In this document: positions 41,230-54,060 of the stretch, in pieces | Position numbering within the stretch: position 1 is the first letter of the stretch | Layout: every line of letters starts with the position of its first letter | NCBI GenBank assembly: GCA_951406725.2 | Contig: OX597814.1 | Span: forward strand, 61,504,001-61,568,000 | Reading direction: 5' to 3' | Origin: Octopus vulgaris | Taxonomy: Eukaryota | Length of the DNA: 64,000 bases | Translations under genes and position numbers: made by a program | Notes under the pieces: model-generated | Databases searched by the model: none | The model's input: only the letters and a program-made list of their open reading frames with translations | What the model was told of the DNA's origin: nothing

Positions 41230-44210
41230 AGTTCAAGATTCTAGAAATTAATAAGACTAGTAAATTCTTGCAGCTTGATATAAAGAGCTACTATGCTACT
41301 ATCAACCAAATTGTTCTCAATCAAGCCCTGATTTTTAGCATGAAAATATTTTGATTTGTCCTGACATGAAATATATATTATTTTTGCTGCGCAAGCCACT
41401 CTAGTAGATTTTGATGTTACATTATGGAGTAGATTAGATAGGGAAAATGCATTTGATATAGCAATAGGCTGACACAATTCTGCTCAGTCCTGTGACCTAG
41501 TCAGAATATATATCCTTTCATTAATCCAGTCTTCCTTTCTGGAAGTGACAGGGGGTCTATATAGGGATGACGCTTTATTTTTTCTAGACAGAAGTAGTAA
41601 AGTACAGTTAGAAAACATAGAAAAAATTTCTTTAGACTTTTCAAAAATTTAGGACTAAACATTACTATAGGTAAAGATTATCGTAGAGTGAATTTTCTTG
41701 ACGCTACATTCTGTCTTGATACTGGATTATTTGAACCATTTCATAAGCCGAATGATCATATTAAGTACATGTAGCATCCAACCATCCACCCTCGATTATA
41801 TGGGGACTAGTTAAGAATATTTCTACCAGAATCTCTAGATTATCTGCTAACAGTAAAATTTTTGAATCTCATGCATCTGATTATAATGATGCTCTAGCTA
41901 AGACTGGGTACCTTGATAAAATTCATTATAAACAAGATGCTGGCATAAGCAACACTGGTAATTTGTACAACTGCAAGGCACATTGTATACACCACAACGT
42001 TACCATTTGAGAAATCACTCGGATAAAAAATACAGGCCAGAAAGAATTGGTCATGTCAATGAACTACCAAAGAAAACTCATAGACACATGCAACATAGTA
42101 ATTCAACTGCTTGTTCCAATCCTGTACAACACACTCGATCAAATAAACCTGACAACAGATATAGGAATCAAGATGTCCTCTGGTTCAACCCAATTTTAGG
42201 TTTGTATGTTTCATCCAGGATTGCTGAAAAATTTTTTGCTGCTTTGGACAAATGTTTTCCTAAATCTAATTGGTATTATGCTATTTTTAATCAACATCAA
42301 AATCAAAATCAAAATCAAAATCAAAACAAATCAAAATAGATGAACATCAATGGAATTTGTATCTTTGTGGTACCAGTGCCGGTGGAACACAAGAAAACCA
42401 TCCGAACGTGGCCATAGCCAGTACCGCATCGACTGGCCTCCGTGCTGTGGGCACGTAACAAGCACCATCCGATCATGGCCGTTCGCCAGCCTCATCTGGC
42501 ACCTGTGTCGGTGGCACATAAAAACACCATGGTTGTGAAGACCGTTGAGGCAAGTGAAAATCAAAATCAAAACAAATCAAAATAGATGAACATCAATGGA
42601 ATTTGTATCTTTGTGGTACCAGTGCCGGTGGCACACAAGAAAACTATCCGAACATGGCCGTAGCCAGTACCGCATCGATTGGCCTCCGTGCTGTGGGCAC
42701 GTAACAAACACCATCCGATCGTTCGCCAGCCTCATCTGGCACATAAAAACACCATCCGAAGACCCGGCAAGACTAGTCAGGCCATAACCCGTGGACCCTA
42801 CCTGGGACGTGCATACCTTCCTTCTTGTGACACTTGTGAAGACCTGTTGAGGCAAGTGAAAATCAAATCAAATCAAATCAAAATAGATGAACATCAATGG
42901 AATTTGTATCTATGTGGTACCAGCCTCATCTGGCACCTGTGTCGGTGGCACATAAAAACACCATCCGAAGACCCGGCAAGACTAGTCAGGCCATAACCCG
43001 TGGTCCCTACATGGGACGTAGTCAGTCCTTCCTTCTTGTGACACTTGTGAAGACCTGTTGAGGCAAGTAAAAATCAAATCAAAACAAATCAAAATAGATG
43101 AACATCAATGGAATTTGTATCTTTGTGGCACACAAGAAAACCATCCGAACGTGGCCGTAGCCAGTACCGCATCGACTGGCCTCCGTGCTGTGGGCACGTA
43201 ACAAACACCATCCGATCATGGCCGTTCGCCAGCCTCATCTGGCACCTGTGTCGGTGGCACATAAAAACACCATCCGAAGACCCGGCAAGAATAGTCAGGC
43301 CATAACCCGTGACCCCTACCTGGGACGTAGTCAGTCCACCTGTGCATACCTTCCTTCTTGTGACACTTGTGAAGACCTGTTGAGGCAAGTGAAAATCAAA
43401 ATCAAAATCAAAATCAAATCAAATCAAATCAAAATAGATGAACATCAATGGAATTTGTATCTTTGTGGTACCAGTGCCGGTGGCATACAAGAAAACCATC
43501 CGAACGTGGCCGTAGCCAGTACCGCATCGACTGGCCTCCGTGCTGTGGGCACGTATACCACATCGACTGGCCTCCGTGCTGTGGGCACGTAACAAACACC
43601 ATCCGATCGTGGCCGTTCGCCAGCCTCATCTGGCACCTGTGTCGGTGGCACATAAAAACACCATCCGAGCATGGCCGTCTGCCAGCCTCGTCTGGCACTG
43701 TGTCGGTGGCACATAAAATCACTCACTACACTCTCGGAGTGGTTGGCGTTAGGAAGGGCATCCAGCTGTAGAAACACTGCCAGATCTGACTGGCCTGGTG
43801 CAGCCTTCGGGCTCCTCAGACCCCAGTTGAACCGTCCAACCCATGCTAGCATGGAAAGCGGACGTTAAATGATGATGATGATGATGATGACACCATGAAG
43901 GTATCCTACGCCAACTCTGCTAACTTAGAGCAGCTTATGCATTGCATAAACAATAGCAAAAAGTGGCAAAGGTTCAATAACCCACCTACTGGATCTAGCA
44001 AAGATTTGCATCTAAATACCAACCAATCATTAACTTCGATCAATTTGTTGTAGTAGAAATACTCATGGTACATCTAGTACGTTAAAGGAGTTGGGAGTGC
44101 CTTATGTATAAATAAATATAATAAATGCTCATGCAGAGATAGATAAAAATGTCCTTTGCTGAATCTCTGTATGAATACAAATCTTGTATATAAATGTACC
44201 ATGCACACTA
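41230..44210 (+). mobile_element. decayed Penelope-like RT element, split by an insertion at 42297-43890
   Basis: Relic peptides FDIAIG..SAQSCDLV, GLYRDDA, VNFLDATFCL..FHKPND and VLWFNP..FPKSNWYYAIFNQ|HTMKVSYA, which rejoin across the insertion. Confidence 0.8.
42297..43890 (+). mobile_element. tandem array of about five RTE 3'UTR-derived units ending in one (GAT)n tail
   Basis: Each unit starts with (caaaat)n-agatgaacatcaatggaatttgtatc. The last unit runs into the complete RTE tail. Confidence 0.85.
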
Positions 44211-44274
44211 GGTGTGTGTGTGTGTGTGCTATATTTGTGGGGGTGGGGGTGGGGGGGCGGGGTCACCTGAATGA

Positions 44275-45015
44275 ACGACAAGGTTTAAGTTAATTCGTAG
44301 GGGAATTTCTGTAACAGAAATTACTGAACATCTAGAAAATTCGGGAATCGAGTAAAACATAATATAAATAAGAAAGAGAATATTTTGTAGGAAATTCTGG
44401 GGAATGGAATAATAACGGGATGACACTGAAATTAAAGGAGGAATTGAAAATGCATGATCTTAAGACAGACAGGAAGCCATGTATACAAGATGGCAAAATA
44501 AATAATAGAGAAACGGGATTTAGGGTTATGAATCAACGCTTAAAAATATGAATATGAATGACAGGTTGAAAGTTAAGTTCGCTTAGCTGGTCAGTTTTTG
44601 GAATCAGTGTTTTGTCAGCAAGATGTAGATCGAAAAGAGGGACGAGATCAATCGAACACTGCTTTATAAACAGTTAGGGGTTGGGGGGGGGTTATCAGGT
44701 GGCAACATGAGGAAAGAGAGAGGGGGGAGAGAAAGAGAGAGAGAGCTAAGGAACAACAGGTTTAATTCGTAGGGAATTTTCTGCAACAGAAATTACTGAA
44801 CATCTAGAAACTTCGGGAATCGAGTAAAACATAATATAAATAAGAGAGAGAGAGAATATTTTGTAGGGAATTTTGGGGGAAAGGAATAACAACGAAGGAA
44901 CAACAGGTTTAAGTTAATTCGTAGGGGATTTTCTGCAACAGAAATTACTGAACATCTAGAAAATTCGGGAATCGAGTAAAACATAATATAAATAAGAGAG
45001 AGAGAGAATATTTTG
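44275..45015. repeat. three direct copies of a 120-140 bp unit
   Basis: aattcgtaggg..acagaaattactgaacatctagaaa..cgggaatcgagtaaaacataatataaataaga at about 44278, 44755 and 44900. Confidence 0.8.
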
Positions 45016-45289
45016 TATATATATCTATATATATATGTATATATCATCATCATCGTTTAACGTCCGTTCTCCATGCTAGCATGGGTTGGACGGTTCGACC
45101 GGGGATCTGGGAAGCCAGAAGGCTGCACCAGGCTCCGGTCTTATCTGGCAATGTTTCTACAGCTGGATGCCCTTCTATATCTATATATATGTGTATTTAT
45201 ATATATCTATGTATATGTATGCATATATATATATCTATGTATATATATATCTATATATATATGTATGTATATATATCTATGTATATATA

Positions 45290-45530
45290 TGTGGAGGTGC
45301 GTGGCTTAGTGCGTAGGGTGTCAGCTTCATGATCGTAAGATTGTGGTTTTGATTCCTGGACTGGGCGACACATTGTGTTCTTGTGCAAAACACTTCATTT
45401 CACATTGCTCCAGTCCACTCAGCTGGCAAAAATGAGTAATGCTGTGATGGACTGGGGAATACATACGTCATTGAAACCAGGAAACCGGGCCCATGAGCCT
45501 GGTTAGGCTTTAAAAGGGCGCAAAGAAGAT
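45290..45530 (+). repeat. tRNA-derived SINE (third family; decayed copy at about 18300-18560)
   Basis: Head gtggcttagtgcgtagggtg..ggttttgattcc, and shared cacttcatttcacattgctcca. Confidence 0.6.
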
Positions 45531-45549
45531 GTCTATATATATATATGTA

Positions 45550-45593
<44 letters not shown>

Positions 45594-45754
45594 AAATGAG
45601 AAAATGGAGAAATATATCTAAATCAATCATCAACTAACAGATAATACCCAATCAATACTTTATTAAACCACTACACAATAGCAATGATATTATACATTAA
45701 TATAGTACAAATATAACAAGACATAGAAATAGAAATAGAAATACATTTACATTG

Positions 45755-45869
45755 TAGCTGACAGCTGTTTCGGCTGTGAAGACAGGTATGTCTCATTTAA
45801 CCTATTAGCCATATAAAGCAGGTATAAATGAGACATTAACAAGAATATCTCACGGCCTCTTCAGAGATT
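45755..45869 (-). ncRNA. hammerhead ribozyme, intact core, long stem II
   Basis: Minus strand: atct-ctgaaga-ggccgtga..(atgtctcattta/taaatgagacat)..tcacagcc-gaaa-cagctg-tc-agct. Stem I is imperfect. Confidence 0.7.
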
Positions 45870-46986
45870 TTAATGCAAGTATGAGTACAAATCCTAAAAA
45901 ATTTACATATAAATATAAATATGTGTGCATACACACTCATATTCTTACATATATATATATACACAATAATACAATATAAACAATATAGATCAATATACAT
46001 CAACAAACACAATAATGTTCCATATTGAACTCCACAGCTCCTCAACCAACATCAAGAAACCACAACAGATACACTCACACTCAAAGCAGGCATATATATT
46101 AAACAGTCCAATATATTAAAATGTGTCATTTCACAAAAAGTCAATAAAATTAATATCACCACGACGGTACCATCCAATGCAAGTGGACATCCGCATATAT
46201 ACGCAATCAGTCGAATTTCTCTGCCCGCATGGTATTAATTTTCACAGATGGATTCGATTGGCCTATACTTTTAAATTTGAATTACAATAGAAATTTTACG
46301 GTTAGTTAGCTCGGAAACATATACACGCGCACGCACATCCACAAAAAGTGCGCATATACATACATATACACACCCACTCACATACACACAGACATACCCA
46401 CATACACAACCAAATCATAAATAAATAACATAAGAGGTACTATCCCATCTATACACATGCAAACAGAGGAACTCAACTGATTGCACATACATGCATGCAG
46501 ACATCCACCCGCCCCGGATGGCACCATGGCGGTGGTATTAACTAAGTATTTACAAACAGATCCACTCACATATGTCCATAAATCCGTAAATGCAATCATA
46601 CATATAATTATATCCAGATGGAGAGTGTAATTTGTCATAAGGTACATAATTCATGTGACACCGTATTTTTTGTAAACAAAATATTTTAGAACTAAAAATG
46701 TCCGCAACTTTACCGCTATGTTTCATTCAAACATTCACTAAATTATAAAATATAGAATACCCGTTTATGTTTGTCTATCAAAAGACATAAAAATATATAT
46801 ATACTAAGTTAACAGAGGTTTATAATAATTAAATTATAAGAAATTAATTGTAAAAAGTCAAAATACGCTAATATTCTAAGATATATAATCAAAATAACTC
46901 CTTATAGCTTATACAGATAACATCACTACGTAAGAAGTCTAGTATTATTACAATACTATTATATTCCTATTTAAACCCTCACACAC

Positions 46987-47043
<57 letters not shown>

Positions 47044-47061
47044 GTATATATATATATCCTT

Positions 47062-48100
47062 AAATCCTTAAAAATGTTCTAGCCCGAAGGTCGCGGCCAT
47101 GCTGGGGCACCACCGCTGAATGAGCTACACTAATATGTGAATCGATCTCTGATACGTGGCACTTGATCAACAAGGGAGTTCGATGCTGCTGCCCGCATCT
47201 GCATCTCCTGTCATGAGGTAGGTTCATCTGGGACTCCCGACAAGAAGAGATCCAGTTTAGTTTTAAAGAAACCCACATCCACACCATGTAAGTCTCTCAG
47301 GCATTTAGGGAGGATGTTAAAGAGCTGTGGTCCTCTGAAACCCAAGCTGTTGCAGTATCTGGACCTGTATTTTGATGGTGATGTTGGAATCTTTGGCACC
47401 AGCGGTTGGGGTAACTTTGAATGCCAAAGTTTGGGACAAGACCCTCCAGGATTTTCCAGATGTATATCACCGCATATCTCTCCCGCCTCCGCTCTAGGGA
47501 GAAGAAGTTTAATACTTTCAGTCTTTCCCAGTAGCTGATATTTTGCATTGAGATGATATTCTTTGTGTAGCTTCTCTGAATTGCTTTGAGTTCTACTGTT
47601 AGTTTTATATTGTGTGGTGACCATAGTTGGGAGCAGTAGTCCAAGCGGCCGAGGACGAATGTTTTCCATAGGACCATCAGTGTCTCCTTCTCTCTTGTTC
47701 TGAAAGTTCGGAGAATCTATCCAGTTAGCCGTCTGCCTTTTATCACCAGATTAGTAATATGCACTTGGAAAGATGCATCATTGCTCATGTCAATGCCCAG
47801 GTCACGCACTGATTTTGACTCAGGGATTGCAATTCTTCCTAGGCCAGTGTATCCAGTCTGCATGTCGTTTACCTTTGTGTGCCGGTAGCACAGGGCCTGG
47901 TACTTACCTGCATTAAACTGCATGTTGTTGTCCTCAGCCCACCTGTATACTGTGTCCAACTACTGTTGCAGACGCGCAATATTTTCAGGGTTTTGTATTG
48001 TGTGGGAGACTTTTGTGTCATCTGCATAGCTAGCAAGGGTGGTCATCGTAGCAACTGAAGGCATATCTGAAAGGGCCACTATGAACATCAGTGGCCCCAA
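47062..48100 (-). mobile_element. CR1/Jockey-group LINE 3' portion, decayed
   Basis: [64 protein letters not shown] and FKTKLDLFL across frameshifted ORFs. Confidence 0.88.
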
Positions 48101-48102
48101 GA

Positions 48103-48596
48103 CATATATATATATATATGTATATGTATATATAGATATGTATATATATATGTATATGTATGTATATGTATATATAGATATGTATATATATATATGTATA
48201 TGTATGTATATGTATATATATATATAGATATGTATATGTGTATATATGTATGTATATGTATATGTGTATATATGTATGTATATGTATATGTGTATATATG
48301 TATGTATATGTATATATATATATAGATATGTATATGTGTATATATGTATGTATATGTATATGTGTATATATGTATGTATATGTATATATATATATAGATA
48401 TGTATATGTGTATATATATATATGTATATGTGTATATATATATATGTATATGTGTATATATATGTATATATGTGTATATATATGTATATATGTGTATATA
48501 TATATATGTATATGTATGTATATATATATAGATATGTATATGTGTATATATATATATGTATATATGTATATATGTATATAGATATATGTATATATA
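48103..48596. repeat. (TA/TG)n compound microsatellite
   Basis: Direct inspection. Similar tracts at 46990-47055, 51121-51522, 53447-53496 and 54995-55070. Confidence 0.95.
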
Positions 48597-50790
48597 TTGT
48601 CCTTACTCTGAACTGCTTCTCGTTCGCGGGCGAGTTCTACCATCAGGTCTCGGGAGTGGCCATGGGAACGCGAATGGGCCCCAACTATGCGAACCTGTTC
48701 GTTGGCTATGTTGAGGCCCAAATATTCTCTAATTTCACTGGTCCCACTCCTGAACTATATGGTCGTTATATTGACGACATTATCGGTGCCACCTCACTCT
48801 CCCGCGAACATCTAGATTCCTTCCTCTCTTTCGTCCAATCTTTCCATCCAGCCCTCCACTTCACTTCCACTATCTCCAACACCTCTGTCTCCTTCCTCGA
48901 CATTTCGGTTAGCATTCTTCACTCCACTCTTACCACCTCCATTCACTACAAACACACAGACTCACACTCATACCTCAACTTCTCTTCCTCCCACCCAGAA
49001 CACACCAAGCTTTCCATCCCCTATTCCCAATTCCTCCGTCTACGTAGGCTCTGTAGTGACGACCATGACTTTGAGACTCAGTCTCAACGTATGGCTCACC
49101 ACTTCACCCTATGTGGATACCCCCTCACCACTATCCACACCGCCCTTGCCAGAGCACGGTCCGTGGACCGTGTATCTGCTCTCTCTCCCCGAACCCACCC
49201 TGTAGTCTCCCGCCTCCCTTTTCCCATCACTTACCACCCCACGACCCTACGTCTCCAACGCACCATTCTTCGAGCTTTCCGTCATCTCCAGTCCGACCCG
49301 TCCACTTCACACCTCTTCCCTAACCGACCCCTCCCCTCTTTCAAACGAGCCCACAACCTTCGAGACCTTTTGGTCCATAGCTCCTTCCCTGACCCTACCT
49401 CCCAACCCGGCTTGTTCCCCTGCTCCCGCCCACGTTGCCGCACTTGCCCTTACCTCTCCAACATCACCCGCCTCACTAGCACCCACCATCGACCCTATCC
49501 CATCATCCACTCCTTCACCTGCACCTCCAGCAATATTATCTATTGCATCTCTTGCTCTCTCTGCAATTCCTTGTACATCGGACAAACGGGACGCCGCTTG
49601 GCTGACCGGTTCGCGGAACACCTTCGTGACATCCACCTTGCGAACGACACACCGGTCTCACGCCATTTCCGCTCCACCGGTCACTCCTTGCAACACCTAT
49701 CTGTGTTCGGTTTGTCCTTACATAGAGGCCATCCGGATTCCCGTTTGCGCCGTGAACAGGAATTAATCTTCTCTCTTCGCTCTTATACGCCATTTGGTCT
49801 CAACTCTCCCCCTCCTCATCTAACCCCCTCTCCCCCCTCCTCACCTATCCTTTCTCCCCCGACCCCTACTTCTTCAGTCCTTCATCCTTTCACCCCTACT
49901 CTCCTTCCCTTCTTCCCTCTTTCTCCCTCCCTCTTCCCCTTCCCTCTGCTCCCTCACTCCCTCTCTCCCTCTTTCCTCCTTCATCCCCCTCCTCCCCTTC
50001 CTTCTCCCCCATCCTCTCCTCTTCCCCCTTCTCCTCCCCCTCTTCTTCCCCTTGCCTTCTCTCCCCCTCTTCTCCCCCTCCCCCTCTTCTCCTCACTACA
50101 CCACATGACTTTACACATCACATCACATATGATGTGCCATACTAATACACACACCAACTAATACATACTAATACGTACTAATACATACCAGTACATACTA
50201 ATACTTACACCAACCCTATACATACACACGTCCAGACCCCGCATACGCACTTATACTCTCTCACACACACACACACACACACCTATACATACCAATACGT
50301 ACTAATACATACTAATACATACTAATACATACACCAACCCCATACATACGCACGTCCAGACCAATCTTACGCACTAATACTCTCTCATACACACACACAC
50401 ACACACACACCCTTATACATACTAATACATACACCAACCCTATACATACACACATCCAGACCCCTCCCACGCACTTTTAGCTGGTCCCTCAACCCTTTTA
50501 TCAACCCTATTATCTCCCCTTATTTCGCTCTCGCGTCTCATGTTTGATCTTTGACCTCTGGCCGAAATCAGATCGCCATGTTGATTCGTTAGCTACTGCA
50601 CGCATTTTTTTCTCTCCTTCTTTCTGTGTTTTTCTCTCTCTGTGTATCTTTCTGTTGAAGAGCGTAGGCTCAAAACGTTAAAGACTTGTTTTATTTATAT
50701 TTCCTGAGCGCCATACTAATACAATTGTTCGTTTGTTTTCCACCTGCCTTTGTCTTTTGTTTATTTTCATAAAGCTTCCCGTTATATATA
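48596..50790 (+). mobile_element. Penelope-like element (Neptune-type), 5'-truncated: RT C-half, Cys linker, GIY-YIG, 3' region with hammerhead relic
   Basis: Stop-free frame with [71 protein letters not shown] and [13 protein letters not shown]. Confidence 0.93.
50647..50684 (+). ncRNA. degenerate minimal hammerhead motif of the Neptune-type element
   Basis: tcttt-ctgttga-a-gagc-gtag-gctc-aaaa-cgtt-aaaga. Confidence 0.55.
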
Positions 50791-50835
50791 TGTATATATA
50801 TATATCTATATCTATATATATATAAATAATAATAA

Positions 50836-51346
50836 TAAGGTGGCATTACTGGTGTAAATTTCATAGTAGTTATAGAGTCCGGTGTCAGGGGTGATGGAGA
50901 TGGAACATTTTGATCTTCGACAGTAAAGATGCCTGCATACCATCCAGCAATGATTTCTGCACATTCTTTGGGATTATCAGGAATCTGGCCTGTGTGGGGA
51001 TTGCAAAGGGGACCAACTGGAGAGTGAGGTCTCTGCTTTGAATGTACATACTTCCAGAACACTTTGCTGTCAGGGTTGGTTGCTATGCGCTGTTTGAATG
51101 CAAGCACTGCCATATTTGTCATATATACATATATATACACACACACACACACACACATATATACACAAATATATACATATATATATATATACACACACAC
51201 ACATATATACATATATAAATATATATATATACATTTACATATATATATATATATACACATACATGTACATATATATACATATATATATATATACACATAT
51301 ATACATATATATATATATATACACATATATACATATATATACATAC

Positions 51347-51407
<61 letters not shown>

Positions 51408-51800
51408 GACATGCATATACATTTATATACATATACACACATATATATACATATATATACATATATATATACACATACATATATACACATACATACATAT
51501 ACATATATATAGATATATATACATTTTTTTCACGCTGAGAGTTGCTGAAGCATGGACAAACTGCCGGCATCGGTTGTTAGTTGTCAGAGCACTGCATCCT
51601 TCAAAACTTCCATGCTTCCTGAGATTCGCCAACACTACACTTGATTTTCTCCCCTCCATACACACACAAGCATGTATCTGACTCATACATTGTTCGCTTT
51701 CCAGACATTTCTACATTACTGCAAGTACTTTATATGCACTTTCTGACAAGTTGTGGTGCACCTGAGCACTGTATACAATAATTTCATTATTATTATTATT
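50836..51800. mobile_element. CR1-like LINE pieces: internal fragment (-) at 50836-51120 and 3' end (+) at 51523-51800 with (ATT)n tail
   Basis: [28 protein letters not shown], and [10 protein letters not shown] followed by the tail. Confidence 0.7.
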
Positions 51801-51990
51801 ATATATTTTTTAAATAATATATTATTATTAATATCAGGAATTCAATATTAGAAAATTCTTCAGAAAAATATATATGTGTGTAAAATAATTGTTGTATTAT
51901 AAATATATATAAAAATATATGTAAATATGTATAAGGATAAATATATAATGTATATGACAGTTTAAAAGTTCTGAATTAAGTATTTAAAGC

Positions 51991-52080
51991 ATCTTACGAT
52001 CGTTTCACAGAAGTGCAGTCCCTATAATGAAATCCTATATTGATAAGCATTTATAGACAACTCTTCTGCTCTTCAGAGAT
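51991..52080 (-). ncRNA. hammerhead ribozyme, intact core, long stem II
   Basis: Minus strand: atct-ctgaaga-gcagaag..cttctgt-gaaa-cgatcg-ta-agat, with palindromic stem III acgatcgt. A partial second copy lies at about 52318-52372. Confidence 0.8.
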
Positions 52081-52434
52081 ATAAAACTTGAATTTTGTAT
52101 AACATATCGAATGGTGGTTTTTAAAAAAAATTTGAAGTAATACTATAAAATAGTGTTTGTTTGAAATAAAAATAAAAAATTACTGCTTTTGATGAGAGTC
52201 TTTAAATCCATATATACTTCGTTGGTTAGTCTTCTGTAATAATCCATAATGTTCATATGTAAAATCTGTTATATTATCTTGTATTCCAAATATAGTTCAT
52301 ATACTTAGGTAATATGGAATAATGGAATCCTGTATTGATAAGCATTTATAAATAACTCTTCTTCTCTTCAGTAATATCAAATGTGAAATTTGTATATACT
52401 TTAGTATGAGAATCTTGAAATTCATATATGTCTC

Positions 52435-53445
52435 CTTGGTAAACAAGTTTGTATCCACAATCACGAATTGTTGCCATGGCAACTACTGAGGCGTGGACTG
52501 GAGCATTGTCTTGATGAAAAAGGACTACTCTAGTGAGCATTCCCGGTCTTTTTTCTTTGATTGTTTCTTGGAGGTGTTTCAGTAGCTGAGAATAATACAG
52601 CCCTGTCATGGTGTGATCCTTTTCAAGGTAATCAATCTGCAAGACACCTTGAGAATCCCCAAAAAAATGGATGACATAACCTTGCCAGCTGAAGGAATAA
52701 CCCTGGCCTTCTTTGGGGTAGAAGATGTGTGCTTCCACTGCTTTGATTGTTCTTTGGTTTCAGGCTGGTAGTGATGAACCCAACTTTCATCCATAGTAAT
52801 GAAATGAGCAAGAAAATTCTCTTCATTGGTTTCAAACAGTTCCAGGTTGCTCATGGACAAAGTGCTCGTGGTGCGTTTCTGTTCAGGAATCAAAAGGTGA
52901 GGGACCCACCTTGCAAAAACCTTTGAGAACTCAAGTCCTTTTGTCACATTGTTGTCTGCTCTTTCAATTGAGATGCCCAGTCTCTTGGCTATCTGATGAC
53001 ATGATATTCGGCGATCTTGCATTATCTTACCAAGAGCAATGCCAACGTTGTCCTTGGTGGTTGCAGTTGGAGGTCTCTCTTGTTTATGATCATCTTCCAC
53101 ACTCTCCCTGCCATGCTTGAATACATTTACCCAGCGTTTGACTGTTGCATATGAAGGAGCATTGTCTGTTAAGTTTCTCACCATATCTTCATGGATTTCT
53201 GATAAAGTCATGCCTTTCAAATGAAGGTACTTTATGACAGCACAATATTCAGTCTTCTCCATTTTCCTTGTAACCTTAACACTTGTTTATTCAAAAACTG
53301 CAACAAAAAAAAAAAAAATTAAAATATCAGAATCGTGAAAATGAGCAAGAATACTCCAAAATGACTGTACTTGCCAGAAAAAATTGTTTCAGCTATCTAG
53401 CAGCCTCGTTTCTAGGTTAGGCTCAAAACTGTTCATACTCCCCTC

Positions 53446-53446
<1 letters not shown>
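52435..53446 (-). mobile_element. mariner (DD34D-type) transposon, frameshifted and 3'-truncated
   Basis: ORFs 52606-53262 and 52346-52738 carry APSYATVKRW, ARWVPHLL, ITMDESWVHHY and FHQDNAPVH; YSPDLAP is absent. TIR ta|cgaggggagtatgaacag at 53446. Confidence 0.92.
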
Positions 53447-53497
<51 letters not shown>

Positions 53498-53534
53498 CAC
53501 AGAAAACGGACGTTAAACGATGATGATGATGATG

Positions 53535-54060
53535 ATATTTAAGAATATTAATAAGGTAAACTGGAAACAAATTGAGAAAGAGATCCTCAAACAAAACTGG
53601 CCTAAATGTCTCTCCTCACCAGACATCGACATGAAACTTCAACAATTCATGTCTGTAATGCAAGCTGTATGCTACAAATGTGTCCCGAAGAGAAAGGCCA
53701 CTGTACACAAGAACAAAATCCCCAGGGAAAGGAAAATTCTTATGAGACGGCATACAAAAGTTTCAAATCGCCTAAACAAACAAATTGAAAGCAGTGAAAA
53801 GTCCTGCCTGAAAATACAACTGCTGGAGATTGTAAAAAAAATCTGCAACTCTCCCATGAAAAAGAAAGAGCAAAGAAGCCTGGGCTATAGATAATATAAA
53901 ATCTAACCCCAGAGCTTTCTATAAGTTTGCCAAAGAAACAGCTTCAGTGCATTGCAGGAGAGGGCCACTCCTCAAAAATGATGGTACACTCACAGGAAAT
54001 CCAATGAGGATTAGTGAAATACTAAATGAGCAATTCAAAAGTATTTTCACTCCACCCCCT
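53535..54060 (+). mobile_element. CR1-like LINE internal (pre-RT) fragment, followed by an RTE tail copy (about 54065-54540, -)
   Basis: KVNWKQIEKEI..NW, NPRAFYKFAK, GPLLKNDGTLT..ISEILNEQFKSIFT. Confidence 0.7.

Noticed and set aside
42297-43890. CRISPR-like look of repeated motifs with variable spacing
   Set aside because: The intervening sequences are themselves repeated and homologous to the RTE 3'UTR. The context is eukaryotic and there are no cas genes.
47960-51686. Long Y/I/H/T/M/C-rich ORFs and the apparent 579-aa ORF termini
   Set aside because: These are translations of (TA/TG/CA)n and C/T-rich low-complexity DNA. Only 48596-49805 and the short LINE pieces are real coding relics.
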